From Bacteroidota bacterium (GTDB lineage Bacteria; Bacteroidota; Bacteroidia; J057; JADKCL01), in assembly GCA_016718825.1 (NCBI GenBank), contig JADKCL010000001.1, forward strand, positions 152,574-216,573: a stretch of 64,000 nucleotides of DNA, given 5' to 3'. This document shows, in pieces, positions 27,236 to 35,178 of this stretch. Both the position numbers and the translations under genes were made by a program. The notes below the pieces were generated by a model. That model saw only the letters and a list, made by a program, of their open reading frames with translations, was not told the DNA's origin and made no database searches. Within the stretch, counting starts at the first letter, position 1; each line of letters opens with the position of its first letter.

Positions 27236-29323
27236 ATGAAAAGTCCCCTTGTTCACCAGCCTGCAAACAAGCAAGAATCCTCGGAAAGTAACTTTCCGCA
27301 AGGCAAATCCATGATGCCGCCACAGTTTTCATTGTCGAGCAGTTCCGGCAATGTCGGTACGCTGGGCTTTGGAAATATGTGGGATCAAGCTTTTGGTCCC
27401 ATTGGGCTAGGTTCCAAAAACCAATCCACCGAAAGTGCCGAGAAGTCTTCCGAACACGCTCAAGGGGGCGCAGATTCGGAATGGGTTACATTCGCCGAAC
27501 AATTCAATAACCGGTTCAAATCTGTTTTGCATGTCTTTGAACCAGAAGGGACCCCTGCCAATTTTGTAGAAAAATCCGTTGCTAGCGGTAAAGTGCTCAC
27601 TCCAGAGCAATGTGAATCGCTTTTCACAAAGGGGCAACGCGACAAGCTGATTCCCTTCTTTCAAACGAACGTCATTCCCGAACGCCTTTTTAACGGGGAC
27701 GAACGTGGGAAAACCACCGCTGCACAACGCATTCTTCTGTCTGCCGAGATTCTTGCCAATGGCATTTATGCTCCGGGGAGTTTCGAGCAGCGTGTCCATG
27801 CCAAAAACTGCGGACACTGGGCACAGACCGTCCAGAACTATGCTGGGGTTACCGCCAATTCTGGTGCAAATGCAGACAGCCTCAATGGAAACTTTGATCT
27901 GCATGGCAATGTAATTTTGGGTGCTGAAATGGCGAAGCCTCAAGGTTTTGACGAAAAAAGGGTCTCCATTGAGAACTTACCCGAAGAGGAATCCGCAACG
28001 ATCGGACCGATTTACGAAGGGACCGCGCACGGTGAAGAAGCAGCCAAAAGAGCAAACCGCCGCGCAGAACTCGAGCAGCAGGATGCCAATAATCCCGATG
28101 GCGAAAAGTCCAAGAAACCTTTGACGCCCTTCCGTTGCGAACATTTGTCCATGGATTTGTTTGACACTGTGAAGCCAGGTGATTGGCTATACATCTACAA
28201 TGCCAACGGCTCAGGCAACCACAGCGTCATTTTTTCTCGTTGGGCAAGTGGCGACTTGGTGGTGGATGGTGGAATCCAATACCGCAAGGCGGTGACATTT
28301 GACCAGAATAAGCCAGTTGCGGGAGGAGAGGAACATAACTTGAATCTCGGCCAACAATTCCATCGGACGAAAGACATCCAAATTTGCCCGATTACAAAGG
28401 TTTCCAAGGTCAATCCTGAGCAACGACCTGCAGAAAGCATCGAGGAATTGCTGCCAACACGCGGTGATCAGGATGACCTGCTCAACGAAAAAAACCAGAA
28501 ATTCATTGAGGAGATCAAGAAACAAAGCGGCGGCAAGATCACCGAAGATTTGTTAATCAACTTGTTGGTCAAAGAGAACATTGGCCATATCGACGCTTTG
28601 GGCGATCGGCTCAGCCCCGAACAGCACGAGATGTTGACAGATGCCAACAATGTAAAATGCGACCTCGAGACTTTGGTGCGACTCACCGAGCGATTGCGGC
28701 AGTTGCATACCAATGCAGACTTGCTCGCTAAAAATGAGGCTAAGATCTACGAAAGCAAACTCAATGGACAATACGCGGAATTGATCACCGCTTACAAAGC
28801 CCAAGAAGCCGAAATCAACGCGCTGATTGAGCCCTTGGAAAAGGAGAAAGCACCTTGGGAGGAAGAATTGGCTGGCTTGACGAAAGACCGTGACGAGCTC
28901 GACACCTATCCCGAATTGAGTCTTGCGCGCAAAAAGTACCGCAAAGTTCTTGCCGAGCTCAAGCTGATGGGCAAGTCGGATCCAAACCGTGATGCTAAAA
29001 AAGCGGAGCGTGATAATATTTTGGCTGAGATTGGAGAATGGAAAGCCAAAGGGAAGGCCAACAAGGGTGCCCTTGGCGAAAGCCGCACAGAGATCAATTC
29101 CCTTCGCCGCAAGATTGGAAAGGTGAATGCCAAAATCAGTAAGCTGGAAGTGAAGTTGGAAGAGGCCGCGCTTTTGCTCCCTTGGGGCCAAGTCGCAGGC
29201 GGCAGTACCAAGGAGCAAGACAAGACGAGCAACAAAGCCGGCAAAACGGGTACGTTAGAAAGCACCCTCGGCGAAGCCGCCATTAAAGACCTCAAGAAGA
29301 AAGCCAAGGCAGGGGAGTTTTGA
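27236..29323 (+). CDS. hypothetical effector-like protein A: disordered N-terminal leader, candidate papain-like (NlpC/P60-type) Cys/His core, and a long C-terminal coiled coil
   Basis: The ATG at 27236 (MKSPLVHQPANKQ...GKSMMPPQFSL). No signal peptide and no T9SS CTD. The candidate catalytic strings are HAKNCGHWAQTV and KPGDWLYIYNANGSGNHSVIFSRW. The last ~270 aa have heptad-rich K/E/L composition. The function is inferred, not recognised. Confidence 0.6.
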   Translation: MKSPLVHQPANKQESSESNFPQGKSMMPPQFSLSSSSGNVGTLGFGNMWDQAFGPIGLGSKNQSTESAEKSSEHAQGGADSEWVTFAEQFNNRFKSVLHVFEPEGTPANFVEKSVASGKVLTPEQCESLFTKGQRDKLIPFFQTNVIPERLFNGDERGKTTAAQRILLSAEILANGIYAPGSFEQRVHAKNCGHWAQTVQNYAGVTANSGANADSLNGNFDLHGNVILGAEMAKPQGFDEKRVSIENLPEEESATIGPIYEGTAHGEEAAKRANRRAELEQQDANNPDGEKSKKPLTPFRCEHLSMDLFDTVKPGDWLYIYNANGSGNHSVIFSRWASGDLVVDGGIQYRKAVTFDQNKPVAGGEEHNLNLGQQFHRTKDIQICPITKVSKVNPEQRPAESIEELLPTRGDQDDLLNEKNQKFIEEIKKQSGGKITEDLLINLLVKENIGHIDALGDRLSPEQHEMLTDANNVKCDLETLVRLTERLRQLHTNADLLAKNEAKIYESKLNGQYAELITAYKAQEAEINALIEPLEKEKAPWEEELAGLTKDRDELDTYPELSLARKKYRKVLAELKLMGKSDPNRDAKKAERDNILAEIGEWKAKGKANKGALGESRTEINSLRRKIGKVNAKISKLEVKLEEAALLLPWGQVAGGSTKEQDKTSNKAGKTGTLESTLGEAAIKDLKKKAKAGEF

Positions 29324-29344
29324 AAAGGGTGGGGGCAGTCCTAG

Positions 29345-29510
29345 CAGTTGCTTCCAGCGGAATCAAGATCTCCCTCATGGGTCAAACTTGATAAAGCCCA
29401 TCTCGACGGATTCCTGGTGGGTATCGCCATCAAAGCAGCAAATGTTCCATAAGCGCGACAAGGCTCTCGATTGGAAGGAACGAATATCATGGAAAAGAAT
29501 GCTGATGCTC
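29345..29510 (-). pseudogene. decayed 3' fragment of a phosphatidylserine decarboxylase paralog
   Basis: Manual minus-strand translation gives ...RALSRLWNICCFDGDTHQESVEMGFIKFDP*, then after a -1 shift MREILIPL. The intact psd 1.1 kb away reads ...AVARRICWYIKEGDTVQQSAEMGFIKFGSRMDLLIPL. About 79% nt identity over the GDT...EMG core. The self-cleavage Gly-Ser is destroyed (G>D, S>P) and a frameshift is present. Confidence 0.6.
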
Positions 29511-29559
29511 AGTTTGTAAGAATTTGTGGGGATTCAAATTTGCCTGCAAATACACAACT

Positions 29560-30480
29560 ATGAAAAAAGCACTACTCATTCTCCTTTTGGCCGTTGGCAA
29601 CTTGGTATTCGCTCAAAACCCAATCATCTTCATGCCTGATGCCGGCCTCAACGATGGCTCGGACGAAGGTGGACTTAATGGTGGTAAGGAAACCTACGTC
29701 TTCGATGGCGATCCGAATACCAACAATGGTGCAGTGAATGCCTTTTATAGTTTGCCAATCAGCACCTGCAATAACACAAACTATTTGGGAATGATCCAAT
29801 TTGACCTCACGACCTTGCCAGCCGTTGTGGATTCTGTATTTTTAGGTGGATGGACTTGGGATCAAAATGTGATTTGCTACTCCAATTGCGACAACAATTG
29901 GGAGTTTTGGTATGTCGGGGCAGCATGGGATGAAATGGCCGTGACGTGGGGGACTGCGCCATTGCTTGATTCTGGATTTGCCGGACCTTTTAACGTGACC
30001 TTTCCTGATGTCGCCCGCGAACGGAAATTTGATATCACCCCCGCCTACAGGAATTGGAAATCAGGCAATGTCCCCAACTACGGGCTTGCCATCAAGCCCA
30101 TCGATGGGTTCTGCAACAATGCCTGTGTCATCCTCGGGATGCTTTCTTCGGATGATACCACGTTTGCTGGCACGCATCGTCCTTACTTGGAGATTTATTC
30201 AGGTGGCGTCGGGGTAGCAGAGGCACAACAAATCAAAACGAGATTTTTCCCCAATCCTGCACATAACGCTGCTGTGATCGAGTTTCAATCTACGTTCGTT
30301 GGACCAGTGGAATTGCATGTTTTGGACTATACAGGTCGCACAGTAAGCACACAAACCGAAACCATGGATATGGGATTGCAACGCATGAGGATTGACTTGG
30401 AAAAATTGGCAAACGGAATGTACACCTATCGCCTCACTACTCCATCCGGAAACAGTTCGGGAATGTTCGTGAGGCAGTGA
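29560..30480 (+). CDS. secreted protein with a T9SS type A CTD; the N-terminal domain is possibly DNRLRE/CBM96-like
   Basis: The ATG at 29560 gives the signal peptide MKKALLILLLAVGNLVFAQ. The C-terminal FFPNPAHNAAVIEFQS...LANGMYTYRLTTPSGNSSGMFVRQ is a Por secretion tail. The N-terminal domain assignment (FDITPAYRNWKSGNVPNYGLAIKP) is a weak recollection. Confidence 0.7.
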   Translation: MKKALLILLLAVGNLVFAQNPIIFMPDAGLNDGSDEGGLNGGKETYVFDGDPNTNNGAVNAFYSLPISTCNNTNYLGMIQFDLTTLPAVVDSVFLGGWTWDQNVICYSNCDNNWEFWYVGAAWDEMAVTWGTAPLLDSGFAGPFNVTFPDVARERKFDITPAYRNWKSGNVPNYGLAIKPIDGFCNNACVILGMLSSDDTTFAGTHRPYLEIYSGGVGVAEAQQIKTRFFPNPAHNAAVIEFQSTFVGPVELHVLDYTGRTVSTQTETMDMGLQRMRIDLEKLANGMYTYRLTTPSGNSSGMFVRQ

Positions 30481-30570
30481 CAATAAAATAATTTCTATTG
30501 GAGAAGGGCAGGCGGCTAAACTTCCTGTCCTTCTGCATTTCGGGAGAAGATTGCCTTACGCGGGTGATGG

Positions 30571-31236
30571 TTATTTCCCGACTGCAATCACCGTCTTCCC
30601 GCCAAACACGACCTCTTCCAGCTTCACGCTGACCTCCGCGTCCAACGGAATGAGCAAGTCCATACGCGAGCCAAACTTAATGAACCCCATCTCGGCGGAT
30701 TGTTGGACGGTGTCGCCTTCCTTGATGTACCAGCAGATGCGGCGCGCCACGGCGCCGGCGATTTGTTTGTAGCCGACCGTCCAGCGGCTGTTTTCGACGA
30801 CGGTATAGGTCATTTCGTTGTCGGTGCTGCTTTTGGGATGCCAAGCGACGAGGTAGAGGCCGGGCATGTATTTGAACCACTTCACCTTGCCGCTGATCGG
30901 ATTGCGGTTCACGTGGACATTCAGCGGACTCATAAAAATGCTGATCTGACGCACCTTGGCCTTGAAGTAAATCGGATCGAAGACTTCCTCGATCACGACG
31001 ACCTTGCCGTCGCAAGGACAGACAATCGCATTCTCTTGAATCGTCGGCACAATTTCCGGATTGCGGAAGAAGTTGAAAATCAGCCCGATCAAGACGAGCG
31101 CGGCTACACCGAGCACGATGCCGATCCACCAGACCACGGTCCCGGCCAACAACGGAAAATAAATTGCCGACCAAACGCCGCCCAGCAGCAAGATGGATAT
31201 CGGAATGAGAAAACGACCTTCTTTGTGCAAACGCAT
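30571..31236 (-). CDS. psd: phosphatidylserine decarboxylase family protein (short, membrane-anchored type)
   Basis: MRLHKEGRFLIP..., two N-terminal TM helices, and the proenzyme cleavage motif GFIKFGSRMD. I prefer the ATG at 31236 over the TTG at 31242. Confidence 0.85.
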   Translation of the reverse strand: MRLHKEGRFLIPISILLLGGVWSAIYFPLLAGTVVWWIGIVLGVAALVLIGLIFNFFRNPEIVPTIQENAIVCPCDGKVVVIEEVFDPIYFKAKVRQISIFMSPLNVHVNRNPISGKVKWFKYMPGLYLVAWHPKSSTDNEMTYTVVENSRWTVGYKQIAGAVARRICWYIKEGDTVQQSAEMGFIKFGSRMDLLIPLDAEVSVKLEEVVFGGKTVIAVGK

Positions 31237-31279
31237 GTGCAAAGAAAACCATTTTGAATGCGGGATGCAAAAAAGGGGT

Positions 31280-31444
31280 AGCGAAGGCGGCGCTCACACC
31301 GTGCTTTGGGTAGCGCCACCTTCGCTTGATTCCGCGAAGAGGGCGCTATCAGCATGCGGTGTTTGCGCCCTTTTCGCTACTGTGTTTTGTGGTATAGCGA
31401 AGGCGGCGCTCACACCGCGTTTTTTGTAGCGCCGCATTCGCGCT
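31280..31444. repeat. array of three REP/BIME-like hairpins sharing a GCGAAG(G/A)(C/G)GGCGC stem
   Basis: Hairpins at 31280-31326 (15 bp, 1 mismatch), 31334-31377 (13 bp including 1 G-U) and 31396-31444 (~14 bp, 1 mismatch, followed by T8). Loops 1 and 3 contain CACACCG(T/C)G, and loop 2 contains its reverse complement (GCGGTGT), so the units alternate in orientation. Confidence 0.6.
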
Positions 31445-31468
31445 TGTTTTTTTTGTTATCTTGTTGAT

Positions 31469-32065
31469 ATGAAACCCATTGGACCATCGATTCTGCGCTT
31501 GCTTTTTGTCATCTGCTTCCTCGCCGCTTCAGCGAATGTAGGAAACAGCCAATCCGAAGGGGAGGGCAGTCAGGCTTTGTACATGCAGCATCAAAGCGAT
31601 TCCGAGCGGGTCGTGAAAATTGATTCCGGACGCAAACTCAAAGTCTGGACCCAAGACGGGCAGTTGCATGCTGGGAAATTGACGCAGGTAAGTGACTCCA
31701 GTTTCTTCTTGGGAAAGGAGGAAATTTCTTATTCGAAAACCAAGAAAGTCAAACTCGACAAGGGAGAAGGCGGACGTATCGGTGGATTGACCGGTCTTTT
31801 GTTGGGTGCGTTTGGGATTGTCATCGGCTTGGCATTTTCATTGTTGGGATTGTATGCGGCCAACTCTGCGACGCAAAATACTTCTAACGGATGCGCTCAG
31901 GCGATGGGAGGTTTTTTCTTGTTGATCTTGGGAATCCTAATCGGAGCGGTCGGAATCATTTTTGCCATCATCGGCATCGTCGCCTACGCCATCGGAACGG
32001 CGGTCGCCCGCAATTTCAAATTGGATGGCAAGTGGCGAATCGTACGAAGAACCGCTGGAAACTAA
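31469..32065 (+). CDS. hypothetical membrane protein (signal peptide, small soluble domain, Gly-zipper TM helices)
   Basis: 198 aa. N-terminal signal, then the C-terminal hydrophobic stretches GGLTGLLLGAFGIVIGLAFSLLGLY and GGFFLLILGILIGAVGIIFAIIGIVAYAIG. Confidence 0.55.
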   Translation: MKPIGPSILRLLFVICFLAASANVGNSQSEGEGSQALYMQHQSDSERVVKIDSGRKLKVWTQDGQLHAGKLTQVSDSSFFLGKEEISYSKTKKVKLDKGEGGRIGGLTGLLLGAFGIVIGLAFSLLGLYAANSATQNTSNGCAQAMGGFFLLILGILIGAVGIIFAIIGIVAYAIGTAVARNFKLDGKWRIVRRTAGN

Positions 32066-32087
32066 TCGCCGAATCAGATTTCGAAAC

Positions 32088-33224
32088 TCATTCGAAGAAA
32101 TCCCGCACCGCACGAATCACAATTGCTTGGTCTTCCTCTGTCAATCCAGTGGAGGATGGCAAGCAAAGCGAATCTTCGTACCAACGGAAACTATGGTCCT
32201 CACGCTGAATGTACAGGTTTTGCCCATACATCGGCAGGCGGTTCATCGGCACCCATAACTTGCGGGTCTGAATCTCATTCGCCTCCAAATAGGGCTCCAA
32301 TTGCCGGGCTTCGGAAGTAAAAATGCAGTTGAGCCAATAGCCGCATTTCCGGTGCAGATCTCCGTGCGGCGTCAGTGAAATGGCGCGGACATCGATGAAA
32401 CCAGCTTCGTATTCCGCGCGAATGGCTTGTTTTTTTGCCCAAAATTCGGGGAGACGCGCCAATTGGCCTAAGCCGAAGGCCGCATTGAGGTTGGGCATGC
32501 CATAGTTGAAGCCAACGGCATCGTGGATGTATTCGAGGGGAAATGATTTGGCTTGGTGGGCGAGGTGGCGGATGCGGTCTGCGAGTTGGCTGTCGTTGGT
32601 CAAGACGGCTCCGCCGCCGCCCGTCGTCAAAATTTTGTTGCCGTTGAAGCTCAACGTGCCCAAAAGGCCCATGCTTCCGGCGGGTTTGTCGTCGAAGCTC
32701 GCCCCGAGGGCTGCGGCTGCGTCTTCCAACACGGGAATTCCGCGGCTGCGTGCCAATTCCAGCAGGCGGTCCATGTCACAAAAATCGCCCAACACGTGCA
32801 CAGGTACGATCGCCCGAATACGCCTTTGGGTGCCTTTGAAGAAACATTTGCCGTCTGCAAAGTCGGTATGGTTTTGCAGAAAGTCTTCGAGCAAGTCGAG
32901 GTCAAGCTGCAAATTGTCGGGCGCTGCGTCGATGAAAATCGGTTCGGCCCCGGTCATGGAAACCGCATTGGCGGTAGCGACAAAGCTCAAGTTGGGGCAA
33001 ATGACGTAGTCATTGGTGCCGACACCGAGGGCCAACAAGGCAAGGTGCAAAGCGGCAGTGCCGCTGTTGACCGCGATGCAAAACCGCACGCCCGACAAAG
33101 CCGCAACCTTGCGTTCGAAGTCGCCGATGTCAGGCCCAGCCGTGGAAACCCAGCCGGATTCCAAAGCGCGTGCCACCGACATTTGTTCGGTATCAGAGAT
33201 ATTGGGGATGGAGAGTTGGATCAC
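32088..33224 (-). CDS. DegT/DnrJ/EryC1/StrS-family PLP-dependent sugar aminotransferase
   Basis: 378 aa with a GTG start and typical family architecture (SGTAALHLAL, LSFNGNKILTTGGGG with the PLP lysine context). Confidence 0.85.
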   Translation of the reverse strand: MIQLSIPNISDTEQMSVARALESGWVSTAGPDIGDFERKVAALSGVRFCIAVNSGTAALHLALLALGVGTNDYVICPNLSFVATANAVSMTGAEPIFIDAAPDNLQLDLDLLEDFLQNHTDFADGKCFFKGTQRRIRAIVPVHVLGDFCDMDRLLELARSRGIPVLEDAAAALGASFDDKPAGSMGLLGTLSFNGNKILTTGGGGAVLTNDSQLADRIRHLAHQAKSFPLEYIHDAVGFNYGMPNLNAAFGLGQLARLPEFWAKKQAIRAEYEAGFIDVRAISLTPHGDLHRKCGYWLNCIFTSEARQLEPYLEANEIQTRKLWVPMNRLPMYGQNLYIQREDHSFRWYEDSLCLPSSTGLTEEDQAIVIRAVRDFFE

Positions 33225-33230
33225 TTTTTA

Positions 33231-33258
33231 ATGGAGAATGGAGAATGGAAAATGGAAA
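33231..33258. repeat. heptanucleotide tandem repeat ATGGAGA x2 + ATGGAAA x2
   Basis: Read directly: atggaga atggaga atggaaa atggaaa. It begins 7 nt upstream of the DegT-like GTG start, on the opposite strand sense. Confidence 0.8.
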
Positions 33259-33334
33259 GCCTCCTAGGAGTTGGGGAGCCAACGAAGCTCACCGTATGGC
33301 TAGGAAAGCCCAGGCTTTTCAGCACACGCATGCA

Positions 33335-33379
33335 CCCCTTCTCCGCGGATTCGCGGCAAGCGAATGCGTGGAGAAGGGG
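33335..33379. other. long imperfect hairpin (about 20 stem positions) in the 381-bp gap between the epimerase and aminotransferase genes
   Basis: CCCCTTCTCCGCGGATTCGC / GCGAATGCGTGGAGAAGGGG with a 5-nt loop, one mismatch and one G-U, paired by hand. Confidence 0.6.
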
Positions 33380-33605
33380 CCGGGGGTTGAGGCGATAAAC
33401 AAAAGGCAGGGCGATTTCCTCGGAAACGTCATTGCCTTGGTTGAAACAATTACCAGGTCCTCATCGATTCCGGGCGAACGTCCCGGGGAAAAAGTGGAGT
33501 GGCTGGGCGATTTCCTGGAACCAGGGCCGCAACGCATTGAAGGCTCAGCGATTTTCCAAGAAACCTCCCCACAGCCTTCGATGCTATCAATCATACCCTT
33601 CGCCA

Positions 33606-34583
33606 TCAGCAATTCTGATAAATACGATCAAATGGATCCCCAAACTTCCCGCTGTTCAGGACCGCCTGGATTTCGCGGATGCCATCGGGGACGTGGCGCG
33701 TCGCAACAAATTGCAGTTGTCGCGCAGCTTTGTCAAAGTTCACGCGGTAGTTGCGGGTGTCGGCATCGGGCTGTTGGCCGTAGGCGAACTTGCATTCGGG
33801 GACGACCTTTCGAATCTCCTCCACGATCATGGCCTTGGTGTAGTTTTCGGAGCTTTCGCCGATGTTGAAGACACCCTCTGCGACCTCGGGTTGATGTGTG
33901 AGGCAAAGGCAAATCGCCTGCGCAAGGTTCTGCACGTGGCAATACGGCCGCCATTGGTGTTCGCCAAAAACAAGCAGCTCCTTGCCGAGCACCAAGTCCC
34001 GCGTAAAGTGGTTGACGGTGAGGTCAAAACGCATTCTCGGGGACAAGCCGTAGGCGGTTGCAAAACGGAGGATGCTGACCGTGACAGGGCTTGTGGCCGA
34101 TTTGGTGAGCAGATATTCTTCGAATCCTACTTTCAACCGGGCATAGTGGCTCTGTGGTTGCAGCTCCGAATTTTCATCCAGCAGACCTTCGTCCGACATT
34201 TGCCCGTAGTTGCTGCACGTGCTCGCGAAGACAAACTTGGAAACGCCGACTTCTTCGGCCTCCTCAAACAAAGCCCGGCTCGCGACGTCCATCAAGGCGG
34301 TGGCAGCTTCCGGAAACAACTTGCAAGCTGGGTCGCCGACAATCGCCGCAAGGTGGATCACCGCCTCGACATGTTGCAAGGCGGCTTTCCGAATTTCAGG
34401 ATCACAAAGATCCCCCTTGACAAGGCTGAAATGCGGATGCGCATAGAGATCCTCCAGTCCGGCATCGCCAAACAACAGCACATCCAAGCCGCGCACGGCA
34501 TATCCAAGGTCCAGCAATTGTCGGCAAAGGACCGAACCCACATAGCCGGCCGCGCCGGTCACCAAAATCTGTCGTTGCAACAT
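33606..34583 (-). CDS. NAD-dependent epimerase/dehydratase (SDR family)
   Basis: 325 aa with the Rossmann motif ILVTGAAGYVGS and the YxxxK context YARLK. Confidence 0.85.
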   Translation of the reverse strand: MLQRQILVTGAAGYVGSVLCRQLLDLGYAVRGLDVLLFGDAGLEDLYAHPHFSLVKGDLCDPEIRKAALQHVEAVIHLAAIVGDPACKLFPEAATALMDVASRALFEEAEEVGVSKFVFASTCSNYGQMSDEGLLDENSELQPQSHYARLKVGFEEYLLTKSATSPVTVSILRFATAYGLSPRMRFDLTVNHFTRDLVLGKELLVFGEHQWRPYCHVQNLAQAICLCLTHQPEVAEGVFNIGESSENYTKAMIVEEIRKVVPECKFAYGQQPDADTRNYRVNFDKAARQLQFVATRHVPDGIREIQAVLNSGKFGDPFDRIYQNC

Positions 34584-34668
34584 CGGGGCGAAATTAGTTG
34601 TTTTGGATGGAATGGTGGTTAAATGGATTGTGTCGAATCGCCGCCGTGGTTGAATTGTATTCTACACA

Positions 34669-34710
34669 TTGGTCGTAGGGACAGGTCGCGACCTGTCCCT
34701 ACGACCAATA
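34669..34710. repeat. perfect 42-nt palindrome with no spacer
   Basis: ATTGGTCGTAGGGACAGGTCG|CGACCTGTCCCTACGACCAAT. The 21-nt arms are exact reverse complements. It lies in the divergent intergenic region between the epimerase and mce. Confidence 0.9.
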
Positions 34711-34742
34711 TAAATCGTTGTTAATCATAAATTTGAATCGAA

Positions 34743-35147
34743 ATGAAAATCGAACACATCGGCATCGCCGTCCAGGACCTCGCCAAGAGCAATGCCCTTT
34801 TTGCGGCCATTTTTGATCAGCAGCCCTACAAGCAGGAGCAGGTCGAGAGCGAGCATGTCAATGTCTCGTTTTTCCAGCTCGGCGACTCCAAAATCGAATT
34901 GCTTGAGGCGACCCATCCGGAAAGTGCGATTGCCAAACACATTGAGAAACGCGGCGAAGGCATGCACCATATCGCCTTCGAAGTCCCCGACATTTTTGCT
35001 GCGATGGAACGGATGAAAGCTCAAGGGTACCGTGTTTTGAACGAAGCCCCCAAACGTGGCGCCGACAATAAATTGATCTTTTTCCTGCATCCCAAAGACA
35101 GCAACGGGGTTTTGGTCGAATTGTGTCAGGAGATCAGGGAGAGCTGA
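34743..35147 (+). CDS. mce: methylmalonyl-CoA epimerase (VOC/glyoxalase superfamily)
   Basis: 134 aa: MKIEHIGIAVQDL...GMHHIAFEV.DI...VLNEAPKRGADNKLIFFLHPKDSNGVLVEL, the typical Mce length and motifs. Confidence 0.85.
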   Translation: MKIEHIGIAVQDLAKSNALFAAIFDQQPYKQEQVESEHVNVSFFQLGDSKIELLEATHPESAIAKHIEKRGEGMHHIAFEVPDIFAAMERMKAQGYRVLNEAPKRGADNKLIFFLHPKDSNGVLVELCQEIRES

Positions 35148-35178
35148 AGGTGGCTGAGCGGCGCCGAAAAGTGTTGAA

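Noticed and set aside
26900-31300. Possibility that effector A, the psd fragment and the T9SS cargo gene form an intact integrative element or prophage
   Set aside because: I could find no integrase, transposase, recombinase, tRNA attachment site or phage structural gene. Only the psd 3' duplication hints at a past insertion, so it is reported as a footprint and not as a mobile element.
33231-33258. Possibility that the heptamer arrays (also at 61813-61847 and 62092-62126) form a CRISPR array
   Set aside because: The repeat unit is only 7 nt and is directly tandem with no spacers. No cas genes are in the window.
32553-34622. Plus-strand ORFs 32553..33398 (281 aa), 33170..33868 (232 aa) and 33432..34622 (396 aa)
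   Set aside because: They are antisense to the DegT-like and epimerase genes or run through the non-coding gap. Their R/G/A-rich low-complexity translations show no family resemblance.
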